A DNA stretch of 64,000 nucleotides. It comes from an uncultured Prolixibacteraceae bacterium. GTDB taxonomy: Bacteria; Bacteroidota; Bacteroidia; Bacteroidales; FEN-979. The translations under genes and the position numbers were made by a program. Shown piece by piece: positions 17,226-25,619 of the stretch (position 1 is the stretch's first letter; each line of letters starts with the position of its first letter). The stretch spans positions 111,797-175,796 of the forward strand of contig CAZXQU010000001.1 in NCBI GenBank assembly GCA_964642545.1, written 5' to 3'. A model generated the notes under the pieces. The model did no database searches. It had not been told where the DNA came from and saw nothing but the letters and a program-made list of their open reading frames with translations.

Positions 17226-19385
17226 ATGAAAAGGATTTGTTTGCTTCTCGTCGCCATCACAACTCTGGGATTCAACACGTTTCCAGGTACTATATCCGCC
17301 GACAAGGCTTCCATGGCAGCTATCCGGTTTATCTCTGAACGGATCTCCCCGGATCTTTTATCAGATGTTGGTGATGTTGCCGTTACGGAAAGTTTTATTA
17401 TCAAGGATCAGGAGATACCTCTTTATTATATTTTCAACCTGATGCCTGAAGGGTGGATTGCCGTTGCTGCTAATGATGCAGTATTCCCAATTCTTGCATA
17501 CTCCTATGAAGGCAGGTATGATGAATTGCGTCAGGCGCCACAATTCCTCGCCTGGATGAAGCAATACGAAGATCAGATCCTGTATGCGATCCGCGGAAAC
17601 GTTTCCCCTTTCCCCGAGACTGTAGAGATGTGGAACAGGCTGTCAGATGCCAGATACCAGATGCCGGATGCCGGATCTAATCCACTCGTCTCTCGTCCAT
17701 CGTCCATCGTCCATCGCAGTATCGAGCCCCTGATAACAACCCACTGGGACCAGAGCCCCTGGTACAATGAACTTTGTCCGGGTGACAATGGAAGCCATTG
17801 TCCGGCCGGGTGCGTTCCCGTTTGCATGGCCCAGGTCATGTACTACTTCAGATGGCCCGAAACCGGAGTGGGTTCGTATACCTACACTGAACCAACATTT
17901 GGCGTATTATCTGCTGATTTCGGGGCCACAACCTACCGGTGGAACGAGATGACCACCAGCATTAACCGGAGTAACCTGGCCATCGCTGAGCTTATTTATC
18001 ACCTGGGAGTCTCATGTGATCTGGAGTATACCCCATCTGGATCGGGCATGTATAACCATAAGGCTGCCTTTTCGTTAAGGACATATTTCAAATATGCTCC
18101 CGAAACCCAATACCTATACCGCGACAGCACCACCCTCAACTGGGACAGCGTTTTGATTGCACACCTCGACAGAAAAATCCCGATGTACTATGCGGGCTGG
18201 TCGGTTCCTAATAGCGACGGCCATGCTTTTGTTTGCGACGGTTACCAAGACTCCTCCTTCTTTCATTTTAACTTTGGATGGGGTGGTAGTAGTGATGGCT
18301 ACTTCTACACGAGCGACCTCACCCCAGGCGGCTACAACTTCAACCTGGCCCAGGAAGTTGTGATCAACTGCTTCCCCGATACGGTAAACTACACCTACCC
18401 CTCGCAGTGCGCCGGCGACCTGGAGTTTACTGCAAAAGTGGGTTCATTTGAAGATGGAAGTGGTCCAGTTGATGATTACTCCCCTGATGCCAATTGCAGC
18501 TGGATGATTGGCCCCCAAACTTTGATCGACTCGGTAACCAGTATCACGTTGACGTTCGACCGGTTTGCCACCAATCCGGCAGATTTTGTTACTGTGTATG
18601 ACGGGAAAACAACAGGCGCGCCTGTTCTGGGTTCCTTTTCCGGAAGCCTTCTTCCTCCCGAAATCACCTCTTCAGGGAATAACATGTTGGTCACTTTTGA
18701 AGCAGGGGAACAACCTCCAGATAATGGCTTTCTAGCCCACTACAAAGCCAACTTGCCGGTTTGGTGCAGCGGAACCACTACAATAACTGCCGACTCAGCG
18801 GAAGTCTCGGATGGTAGCTTCGATTTCAACTATTATAACAACTCCTCTTGTAAATGGAGATTAGAGACCGAAACAGGGGACCCTCTTACCATCTACTTTG
18901 ACTATTTTGATACCGAGGCTAATCATGATTTCCTGACCATTTACGACCTGGAGACAGGAGATACTCTGGTGAGTTTATCAGGAGAATACACTTCGGGCAA
19001 CCATCCTGATTCAGTTACCTCACCCAGCGGAAAGATGTTTCTCATCTTCACGACGAATAGTACCATTACATTTAATGGCTGGAAGATCCACTACCCGAAA
19101 AAGTCCAACATCGGCATCACAGAACAAAACGGCATCCGGAACCTTCAGCTCTTCCCAAATCCGGCATCAGAGGTTGTTACTATCTCTTTCACTTCAGCCA
19201 AAACATCACACATTCACTTGACCCTTCTCTCTTCTGATGGGCGTATCGTTCGTGAATTAAGCTTGGAAGCGATTTCAGGGAAGAATACAAAAGAGACTGA
19301 TATTTCAGAGATAAAGCCTGGAATCTACATCCTGCAACTTACAGGTGACTTGGGAACAGCGGTAGAGAAGCTGGTGGTTAACTAA
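17226..19385 (+). CDS. Peptidase C10 paralogue with CUB-like domains and T9SS CTD
   Basis: 719 aa with the same architecture as the upstream gene. It has PAGCVPVCMAQVMYYFRWPETGVG and GHAFVCDGY, CUB-like modules (NCSWMIGP; SCKWRLET), and the CTD LFPNPASEVVTISF...GIYILQLTGDLGTAVEKLVVN. Confidence 0.85.
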   Translation: MKRICLLLVAITTLGFNTFPGTISADKASMAAIRFISERISPDLLSDVGDVAVTESFIIKDQEIPLYYIFNLMPEGWIAVAANDAVFPILAYSYEGRYDELRQAPQFLAWMKQYEDQILYAIRGNVSPFPETVEMWNRLSDARYQMPDAGSNPLVSRPSSIVHRSIEPLITTHWDQSPWYNELCPGDNGSHCPAGCVPVCMAQVMYYFRWPETGVGSYTYTEPTFGVLSADFGATTYRWNEMTTSINRSNLAIAELIYHLGVSCDLEYTPSGSGMYNHKAAFSLRTYFKYAPETQYLYRDSTTLNWDSVLIAHLDRKIPMYYAGWSVPNSDGHAFVCDGYQDSSFFHFNFGWGGSSDGYFYTSDLTPGGYNFNLAQEVVINCFPDTVNYTYPSQCAGDLEFTAKVGSFEDGSGPVDDYSPDANCSWMIGPQTLIDSVTSITLTFDRFATNPADFVTVYDGKTTGAPVLGSFSGSLLPPEITSSGNNMLVTFEAGEQPPDNGFLAHYKANLPVWCSGTTTITADSAEVSDGSFDFNYYNNSSCKWRLETETGDPLTIYFDYFDTEANHDFLTIYDLETGDTLVSLSGEYTSGNHPDSVTSPSGKMFLIFTTNSTITFNGWKIHYPKKSNIGITEQNGIRNLQLFPNPASEVVTISFTSAKTSHIHLTLLSSDGRIVRELSLEAISGKNTKETDISEIKPGIYILQLTGDLGTAVEKLVVN

Positions 19386-19417
19386 TTTCCTACTTTCCTA
19401 CTTTCCTACTCACTCTC
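19386..19417. repeat. Octamer array bridging two convergent stop codons
   Basis: The units are TTTCCTAC TTTCCTAC TTTCCTAC TCACTCTC. It starts at the base after the TAA at 19383-19385 and contains the minus-strand stop (rc of 19406-19408). Confidence 0.7.
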
Positions 19418-19825
19418 CGGCGTATAAAGGATATCAATCTCCCCCTTATTCTCCAGACACTCCATCAACTTGCTTTTAAGTTTCCAGCAGGTCATCTGGC
19501 GGATTTCAAGTTGACGGGAGAGCTCGTATGAGGATATTTTCGGGTTGGAGCAAACCATGTAGACCATGTTGAATGCCTCTGTAATAGGGATATGGCATCG
19601 GTGAAAAATGGTGTTCGCAGTAGCCGATTCTTCGCTTTTACAGCGAGTACAACGTCTTGAGTAAGGTGTCTTTCCCTTGCAGTAATTTGAATGTCCGCAT
19701 TTCTTACAGACAAATCCCTTTGCCCATTTTTGCTCGGAAAGAAACTGAAGGCACTCTTCGTCGGTTGCAAATCGGACCGCAAATTTTTCAATATCTAGAG
19801 ACTTGAACAAATGTTTCAATTTCAT
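19406..19825 (-). CDS. IS1595-type transposase zinc-ribbon domain protein lacking a DDE catalytic domain
   Basis: 139 aa. CKKCGH...CTRC is a four-Cys ribbon followed by a helix-rich segment, as in the N-terminal region of IS1595-family transposases. No DDE domain ORF and no terminal inverted repeats were seen nearby. Confidence 0.55.
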   Translation of the reverse strand: MKLKHLFKSLDIEKFAVRFATDEECLQFLSEQKWAKGFVCKKCGHSNYCKGKTPYSRRCTRCKSEESATANTIFHRCHIPITEAFNMVYMVCSNPKISSYELSRQLEIRQMTCWKLKSKLMECLENKGEIDILYTPESE

Positions 19826-19884
19826 TTTTTTACAAAAATAAAAATAATTAGTGATACTTATGCGATTTATATTTAAAAATGTTT

Positions 19885-19892
19885 TATCTTTG
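19885..19892 (+). promoter_or_regulatory. -7 promoter box TATCTTTG
   Basis: It matches TAnnTTTG, 24 nt upstream of the ATG at 19916. Confidence 0.45.
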
Positions 19893-19915
19893 CAGTGTCA
19901 TTTAAAACAAAAATT

Positions 19916-20413
19916 ATGAAAAAATACTCATTTCTTATAGGATTTGCACTGGCAATCAGCCTTACGGCTTGCAGCAGTAACGATGGGACCAAGAGTGCCA
20001 ACTCTGAATCCAAAACTGAAGCTGTTGGTGACGAAAACCTCACTGATGAGGGAAAAGTGATGTACCTGAATGCCGAACAATTTAAATCACTTGTTTGGAA
20101 TTACAGCAAAAATGCTGACAACTGGATATTTAAAGGAGATCTACCGGTAATTATCGACTTCTATGCTGACTGGTGTCGCCCGTGTAAAATGGTAGCGCCT
20201 ATCATGGATGAACTTGCAGCCGAATACAAAGGAAAGATCCGGGTTTATAAAATAGATACGGACAAGGAAAAAGAACTTGCACAATTATTTAACATCCGGT
20301 CGATTCCGGCAGTCCTCTTTGTTCCTAAAGACGGCAAACCACAGATGTCGGTTGGCGCCCTTCCGAAACCTACTTTCGTAACAGCGATCACTGATGTCTT
20401 AATGGTGAAGTAG
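19916..20413 (+). CDS. Thioredoxin-family lipoprotein
   Basis: It has a lipobox signal MKKYSFLIGFALAISLTAC, the active site DFYADWCRPCKM (WCxPC), and a thioredoxin fold C-terminal half (IRSIPAVLF). Confidence 0.85.
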   Translation: MKKYSFLIGFALAISLTACSSNDGTKSANSESKTEAVGDENLTDEGKVMYLNAEQFKSLVWNYSKNADNWIFKGDLPVIIDFYADWCRPCKMVAPIMDELAAEYKGKIRVYKIDTDKEKELAQLFNIRSIPAVLFVPKDGKPQMSVGALPKPTFVTAITDVLMVK

Positions 20414-20416
20414 ATA

Positions 20417-20448
20417 TCATCACCTTCATCACTCCATGACTTCATGAC
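20417..20448. repeat. Imperfect 8-9 nt array after the thioredoxin stop
   Basis: The units are TCATCAC CTTCATCAC TCCATGAC TTCATGAC, which is the reverse complement of the GTGATG family. Confidence 0.5.
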
Positions 20449-20491
20449 AAAGAATTAACAATAAAAAAATAACAATAAAAAATATCAAACA

Positions 20492-20857
20492 ATGGCACTG
20501 GAACATTTAACCAAAGAGACTTTTGTAGAAAAGGTCTTCAACTTTGAAACAAACAAAGACTGGAAATTTGAAGGGGATTTACCCTGTATCATCGACTTTT
20601 ATGCCGATTGGTGTGGCCCATGCAAAATGGTAGCCCCGGTATTGGAAGAACTTTCAAAAGAGTATAATGGAAAGATCAACATCTACAAAGTAGATACTGA
20701 AGACCAGCAGGAGCTTTCGGCCGCTTTTGGCATCCGTAGCATCCCTTCAATGCTCTTCTGCCCGAAAGACGGACAACCCCAGATGGCAGTCGGAGCCCTT
20801 CCGAAAGACTCATTAATAAAGGCAATTGATGACGTGTTGTTGAGTACAAAGAACTAA
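20492..20857 (+). CDS. trxA: Thioredoxin
   Basis: 121 aa with DFYADWCGPCKM and IRSIPSMLF. It is a close paralogue of the upstream lipoprotein's thioredoxin domain. Confidence 0.9.
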   Translation: MALEHLTKETFVEKVFNFETNKDWKFEGDLPCIIDFYADWCGPCKMVAPVLEELSKEYNGKINIYKVDTEDQQELSAAFGIRSIPSMLFCPKDGQPQMAVGALPKDSLIKAIDDVLLSTKN

Positions 20858-20893
20858 TAAACTACACCAAAATACTACACTAGCTGCTTTATA

Positions 20894-20929
20894 CCGCAGT
20901 GGGACTTGTGCCTGCTGCGGTTTTTTTTT
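20894..20929 (+). terminator. Rho-independent terminator
   Basis: The stem CCGCAG (20894-20899) / CTGCGG (20915-20920) is followed by T9 (20921-20929), downstream of trxA. Confidence 0.75.
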
Positions 20930-20930
20930 A

Positions 20931-20970
20931 CTTTCGTATTTTCCTAATTTCCTATTTTCCTAATTCCCTA
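20931..20970. repeat. Octamer array (5 units) abutting a start codon
   Basis: The units are CTTTCGTA TTTTCCTA ATTTCCTA TTTTCCTA ATTCCCTA, followed immediately by the ATG at 20971. Confidence 0.7.
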
Positions 20971-21579
20971 ATGACCCTACTCCTCCCCACCGCCTATCTC
21001 CCTCCCATCTCATACATTTCCACTTGTGCTGCTGCGGATGAGATCCTGATTGAAGCGTGGGAAACCTATCCCAAACAAACACTACGGAACCATTGTGAAA
21101 TTGGCGGGCCCAACGGCAGATTAAGGCTGACAATTCCGGTTAACAAACCCAACGGGAATCGTACCAAAACAAAGGATGTCAGGATTGCTTCTCACCTCCA
21201 TTGGCAGAAGATCCATTGGAGATCGTTTGAGGCCGCATACAACAAATCACCATTTTTCCTTTATTACCAGGATTATCTTGTTCCATTTTACGAGAAGAAC
21301 TTTGATTTTCTCCTGGATTTTAACCTGCAACTTCTTGAAACTCTCTTCCAGGCTATCCGCCTTTACAAATCTGTAACAACAACAGATTCATTTGAGGATG
21401 CCCCCCCAGGTATAACCGACCTCAGAAATCAATGGGTAGTTGGCAGTCGGCAGTCAGCAGTCGGCGGTCTTCCGGAGTATTACCAAGTGTTTGCTGACCG
21501 ACAGGGGTTTCTTAAAGATCTGAGTATCGTGGATTTGCTGTTTAATTTAGGTCCGGAGACCTTGGCTTATCTCGAATAA
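20971..21579 (+). CDS. WbqC-like family protein
   Basis: MTLLLPTAYLPPISYI...WETYPKQTLRNHCEIGGPNGRLRLTIPV...WQKIHWRSFEAAYNKSPFFLYY resembles the WbqC family. The track start at 20899 lies inside the terminator and array, so the ATG at 20971 is preferred. Confidence 0.7.
   Translation: MTLLLPTAYLPPISYISTCAAADEILIEAWETYPKQTLRNHCEIGGPNGRLRLTIPVNKPNGNRTKTKDVRIASHLHWQKIHWRSFEAAYNKSPFFLYYQDYLVPFYEKNFDFLLDFNLQLLETLFQAIRLYKSVTTTDSFEDAPPGITDLRNQWVVGSRQSAVGGLPEYYQVFADRQGFLKDLSIVDLLFNLGPETLAYLE
21437..21471. repeat. Heptamer array inside the wbqC-like coding sequence
   Basis: The units are TAGTTGG CAGTCGG CAGTCAG CAGTCGG CGGTCTT. They encode WVVGSRQSAVGGL. Confidence 0.6.
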
Positions 21580-21747
21580 GCTATTCATTTGATATTTCTT
21601 TAATCAGATTTTAAAACAACTACCCTATATTTGCATCAATTTATATACAGTGAGATTGACTTTTTTTCCCTCCCCTTTTGTTTTGTTGACCCTCACCACT
21701 TGCATAGATTCTCATAAAATGCTTGTTTTATTAAAATGAAAAAATGA

Positions 21748-22920
21748 ATGAAAATAGTTATTGTAATAGACAGTTGGAATAAAGGAAATGGATGTATTGT
21801 TACAACACACAGATTGGTGGATGAGCTACAGTTAAGAGGACATCAGGTATCACTCGTATCTACCTCAGGAGAAGAGGCACGGAAGTTTAATGGGCCTTTT
21901 TATGAAGTCCCCGGTTTTTATCTTCCGGGAGTAAAAGAATCCATGAAAAATATGGAGTTTCTTTTTGCAAAAGGAAAGAAAAAGACACTGAAAAAAGCCT
22001 TTAAAGGAGCCGACCTCGTTCAAATTCAATTTCCCTATTTTATTGCCAAATATGCAGTACGGGTTGCAAATAAAATGAATATTCCGGTGATTGGAGCTTG
22101 CCATATCCAGTCTCAGAACATGACTGGGGCCATGGGAAAAGATAACAAAGTTTTGGATTGGTTCTTTAATACCTGGTTCAACTTTGAACTTTTCAAAAGA
22201 GTAAAAGCAGTACACTGTCCTTCGGTATTTGCAGCAGATTTAATTAAGTCGAAGGGTAGTAATTCTCATTTCAGAGTTATTTCTAACGGCATTCCAAAGA
22301 GATTTATCCCAATAGAAAATCCTGTCAGACCTGATTTTTTTGAAGACAAGTTTGTTCTGATGAACGTTGGTCGTCATGCATTGGAGAAAAACCAGGAGAT
22401 AATGATTGATGCTGTCCTTAAATCGAAATACCAGGACAACATCAAACTATTAATCTGTGGAAAAGGTGAAACAAGTGACAGTCTCATACACCGTGGGAAT
22501 GAGCTTCGTGTAAAACCTCTTGTCAGATACATCTCAGAGGAAGAAAAACATCTTTTCTTAAATACTGCTGATATGTATATTCATACCTCTGGTATTGAAT
22601 TGGAAAGTCTATCTTGTTTAGAAGCAATCGGGTGTGGACTTCCTTGCCTAATAGAAGATTCGCCTCTTAGTGCTACTTCTCAATTCGCAATAGACGAAAG
22701 TTTTATCTTCAAAACGATTGAAGAACTTACTGCAAAAATTGATTATTGGTACGAAAACAGAGACTCTCTTCCTAAAGTAAGAGAGCAAACACTTTTGGGT
22801 GCTGAAAAATACAGAATAGAAAATTCAATTAATGCAATGGAAGAGTTGTATAACGATGTTATAAAAACGTATAACGGCGCTAAGGGCTTACTTCCAAAAG
22901 GAGAAAAAATTATCTCTTGA
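21748..22920 (+). CDS. Glycosyltransferase family 4 (GT-B fold)
   Basis: 390 aa with a GT4-like layout (N-terminal MKIVIVIDSW, VGRHALEKNQ, and a C-terminal E...E region ELESLSCLEAIGCGLP). The gene is visibly more AT-rich than its neighbours. Confidence 0.8.
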   Translation: MKIVIVIDSWNKGNGCIVTTHRLVDELQLRGHQVSLVSTSGEEARKFNGPFYEVPGFYLPGVKESMKNMEFLFAKGKKKTLKKAFKGADLVQIQFPYFIAKYAVRVANKMNIPVIGACHIQSQNMTGAMGKDNKVLDWFFNTWFNFELFKRVKAVHCPSVFAADLIKSKGSNSHFRVISNGIPKRFIPIENPVRPDFFEDKFVLMNVGRHALEKNQEIMIDAVLKSKYQDNIKLLICGKGETSDSLIHRGNELRVKPLVRYISEEEKHLFLNTADMYIHTSGIELESLSCLEAIGCGLPCLIEDSPLSATSQFAIDESFIFKTIEELTAKIDYWYENRDSLPKVREQTLLGAEKYRIENSINAMEELYNDVIKTYNGAKGLLPKGEKIIS

Positions 22921-22935
22921 TGATTTCTTTTTTCG

Positions 22936-22943
22936 TAATTTTG
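22936..22943 (+). promoter_or_regulatory. -7 promoter box TAATTTTG
   Basis: It matches TAnnTTTG, 26 nt upstream of the TTG start at 22969. Confidence 0.4.
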
Positions 22944-22968
22944 CACTCCCTTATTTAATCTAAATTAA

Positions 22969-25371
22969 TTGTCAACTCTTCTCGATTTACGTCAAGGTGA
23001 ATCTGCAGAGATCATCAAGATCAGAGGGCGGGGGCATTTCCGCCGTCGCCTGATGGAGATGGGATTTGTAAAAGGGAAAGAGATCACCGTAGTCAAATCA
23101 GCACCCCTGCAGGATCCAATCGAGTACAAATTAATGGGTTATCATGTGTCGTTAAGGCAGAGTGAAGCCCAACTTGTTGAAGTACTCAAGGTGAACGATA
23201 CAAGGCATGATGAAGAGTCCGTGGAAACTGTCGGAAATTTAAATGTGACACTTCAGGAAGAGTTACAGAAAGCTAAAGCCAGGGAAAAGGGAAAGACGAT
23301 TGAGGTCGCCCTGGTTGGAAATCCAAACTGCGGAAAAACGACGTTATTCAATTTCATCTCAAAGTCGAAAGAGCATGTTGGCAACTTCGGCGGAGTAACG
23401 GTCGACTCTAAAACAGCCTCTTTTAAGCAAAACGGATACAGGTTCGAGATCACCGATCTGCCTGGCACCTATTCGCTGTCGGCTTACTCACCAGAAGAAT
23501 TATTCGTGCGAACCCATATATTTATGGAGATGCCCGACATTGTGGTCAACGTTGTGGATGCTTCAAACCTGGAGCGAAACCTTTTCCTCACTACACAGCT
23601 GATTGACATGGATATTCGGGTAGTACTGGCGCTTAACATGTACGATGAGTTAACCGGCGGCGGTGATATTCTGGATCATGAAGAGCTTGGGAAACTACTC
23701 GGGATTCCGGTAATTCCTACCGTGAGTTCCAAAGGCAAAGGGGTAAGGGAGCTCTTCGACCGGATCATTGAAGTATATGAAGACCGCGACCCGGTGATGC
23801 GTCACATCCATATCAATTATGGTATTGAGATAGAACGCTCGTTAGCTAGAATACAGGATGTAATCTGGCAAGACAAAACACTAACACTAAAGGTCTCATC
23901 ACGATATTATGCCATCAAACTCCTGGAGAAAGATCCTAATATCTCCAGAAATCTGATGAAGAGTAGTATTTATAATGAATTGCTGGGAGTTGTTGATCAG
24001 GAAATAGAGCGCCTGGAGCGGATCTATCGTGAAGACTCAAATACCCTCATCACTGATGCCCGATACGGGTTTATTGCAGGTGCTTTGAAGGAGACGCTGA
24101 AAGTGGATGCATCAGGTCAGAAAATTCGTAGAAAGAGCGATTCCATTGACCGGCTATTAACAGGCAAATACTTCGGGTTTCCACTTTTTCTGTTCTTCCT
24201 CTGGTTCATGTTCCAAACTACTTTTTCATTGGGAGAGTACCCCAAACATTGGATCGAAATTGGTGTCGGATGGCTTGCTGGTGAAGTTAGTACCCTGATG
24301 CCTCCAGGGCCCCTTAAAGACCTGCTGGTAGATGGGGTAATCAACGGGGTAGGTAGTGTGATCGTGTTCCTGCCGAATATCCTTATACTTTTCTTCTTTA
24401 TCTCGATCATGGAGGATACCGGGTACATGTCCAGGGCAGCCTTTATCATGGATAAATTGATGCACAAGATGGGGCTTCACGGACAATCTTTCATCCCCCT
24501 GATCATGGGATTTGGCTGCAATGTCCCCGCCATCATGGTCACACGAACCATCCGAAACCGGAATGACCGTCTGGCCACAATGCTCATCAACCCATTCATG
24601 TCTTGTAGTGCACGGTTACCAGTATACATACTGATTGCAGGAGCCATCTTCCCCGACCACGCCGGGACAGTCATATTCCTGATCTATTTGACTGGGATTG
24701 TCCTGGCTGTATTGGTTTCACTGATTTTCAAGAAAACACTCTTTAAAAGTACTGAAGCCCCCTTTGTGATGGAACTTCCACCCTACCGCATCCCAACCCT
24801 TCGCGTCAGTTTGCGCCACATGTGGGAAAAAGGGCAACAATACCTTAGAAAGATGGGTGGGATTATCCTTGTTGCTGTCATCATCATCTGGGCTCTGGAA
24901 TATTTTCCTGCCGGAAGCCAGGTGCCACACCAGGAACGATTGGAAAGATCCTATATCGCCAAAATCGGAAAGTTCATTGAACCAGTGATAAAGCCTCTTG
25001 GCTTTGACTGGAAAATGGGAGTAAGTCTGATAACGGGGGCAGCAGCCAAAGAGGTTGTAGTAAGCACCATGGGAGTTCTTTATGGCTCTAACCACCAACC
25101 CGATGGCAGCCCGAAACAGAACCTCCCACTCATCCTTCAGAACGCCAGGTATGCCGACGGGCCTCAGATCGGCAAGCCGATTTTCACACCACTTGCCGGT
25201 ATATCATACCTGCTCTTTATCCTGGTTTACATGCCATGTGTTGCTGTGATCATCACCGTTAGCCGTGAGTCGGGAAGCTGGAAGTGGGCCCTTTTCCTAA
25301 TCCTCTATACAACGGTTCTAGCCTGGCTCTTATCTTTTTCTGTATACCAACTGGGAAGCCTTCTCACCTGA
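22969..25371 (+). CDS. feoB: Ferrous iron transporter, FeoA-FeoB fusion
   Basis: 800 aa. The N-terminal FeoA domain has LRQGESAEIIKI...GFVKGKEITV. The FeoB G-domain has VALVGNPNCGKTTLFN and DLPG. A multi-pass permease follows. Confidence 0.9.
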   Translation: MSTLLDLRQGESAEIIKIRGRGHFRRRLMEMGFVKGKEITVVKSAPLQDPIEYKLMGYHVSLRQSEAQLVEVLKVNDTRHDEESVETVGNLNVTLQEELQKAKAREKGKTIEVALVGNPNCGKTTLFNFISKSKEHVGNFGGVTVDSKTASFKQNGYRFEITDLPGTYSLSAYSPEELFVRTHIFMEMPDIVVNVVDASNLERNLFLTTQLIDMDIRVVLALNMYDELTGGGDILDHEELGKLLGIPVIPTVSSKGKGVRELFDRIIEVYEDRDPVMRHIHINYGIEIERSLARIQDVIWQDKTLTLKVSSRYYAIKLLEKDPNISRNLMKSSIYNELLGVVDQEIERLERIYREDSNTLITDARYGFIAGALKETLKVDASGQKIRRKSDSIDRLLTGKYFGFPLFLFFLWFMFQTTFSLGEYPKHWIEIGVGWLAGEVSTLMPPGPLKDLLVDGVINGVGSVIVFLPNILILFFFISIMEDTGYMSRAAFIMDKLMHKMGLHGQSFIPLIMGFGCNVPAIMVTRTIRNRNDRLATMLINPFMSCSARLPVYILIAGAIFPDHAGTVIFLIYLTGIVLAVLVSLIFKKTLFKSTEAPFVMELPPYRIPTLRVSLRHMWEKGQQYLRKMGGIILVAVIIIWALEYFPAGSQVPHQERLERSYIAKIGKFIEPVIKPLGFDWKMGVSLITGAAAKEVVVSTMGVLYGSNHQPDGSPKQNLPLILQNARYADGPQIGKPIFTPLAGISYLLFILVYMPCVAVIITVSRESGSWKWALFLILYTTVLAWLLSFSVYQLGSLLT

Positions 25372-25372
25372 T

Positions 25373-25570
25373 ATGTGGCAATACCTCATCACCGGACTGA
25401 TTGTCACTGCTGCAATAACTTATACAGTTTATCGCCTGATCAAATATTTCACTGATCCCCTTCGGAAGTGCAAGAACTGCGCCAACTCATGTGGGGGCTG
25501 CGCCCTTGAGGAGTTGAAAAAGACGAGGGACGAAGGACGAGGGACGAAGGACGTGAGACGTGAGACGTGA
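25373..25570 (+). CDS. FeoB-associated Cys-rich membrane protein
   Basis: 65 aa. It has one TM helix followed by CKNCANSCGGC, and starts 2 nt after feoB. The last 16 residues (RDEGRGTKDVRRET) are encoded by the heptamer array. Confidence 0.7.
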   Translation: MWQYLITGLIVTAAITYTVYRLIKYFTDPLRKCKNCANSCGGCALEELKKTRDEGRGTKDVRRET

Positions 25571-25584
25571 GACGTGAGACGTTT
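25522..25584. repeat. Heptamer array (9 units) followed by a T8 run
   Basis: The units are GACGAGG GACGAAG GACGAGG GACGAAG GACGTGA GACGTGA GACGTGA GACGTGA GACGTTT, then TTTTT. TGA occurs in all three frames, and the third TGA (25568-25570) is the stop of the preceding gene. Confidence 0.85.
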
Positions 25585-25619
25585 TTTTTCCCGATCTTCG
25601 CGAAACAAATATTTTCCCT

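Noticed and set aside
22969-25371. FeoA-FeoB fusion and the LpxC-FabZ fusion (42503-43894) as novel architectures
   Set aside because: Both fusions are standard in Bacteroidota.
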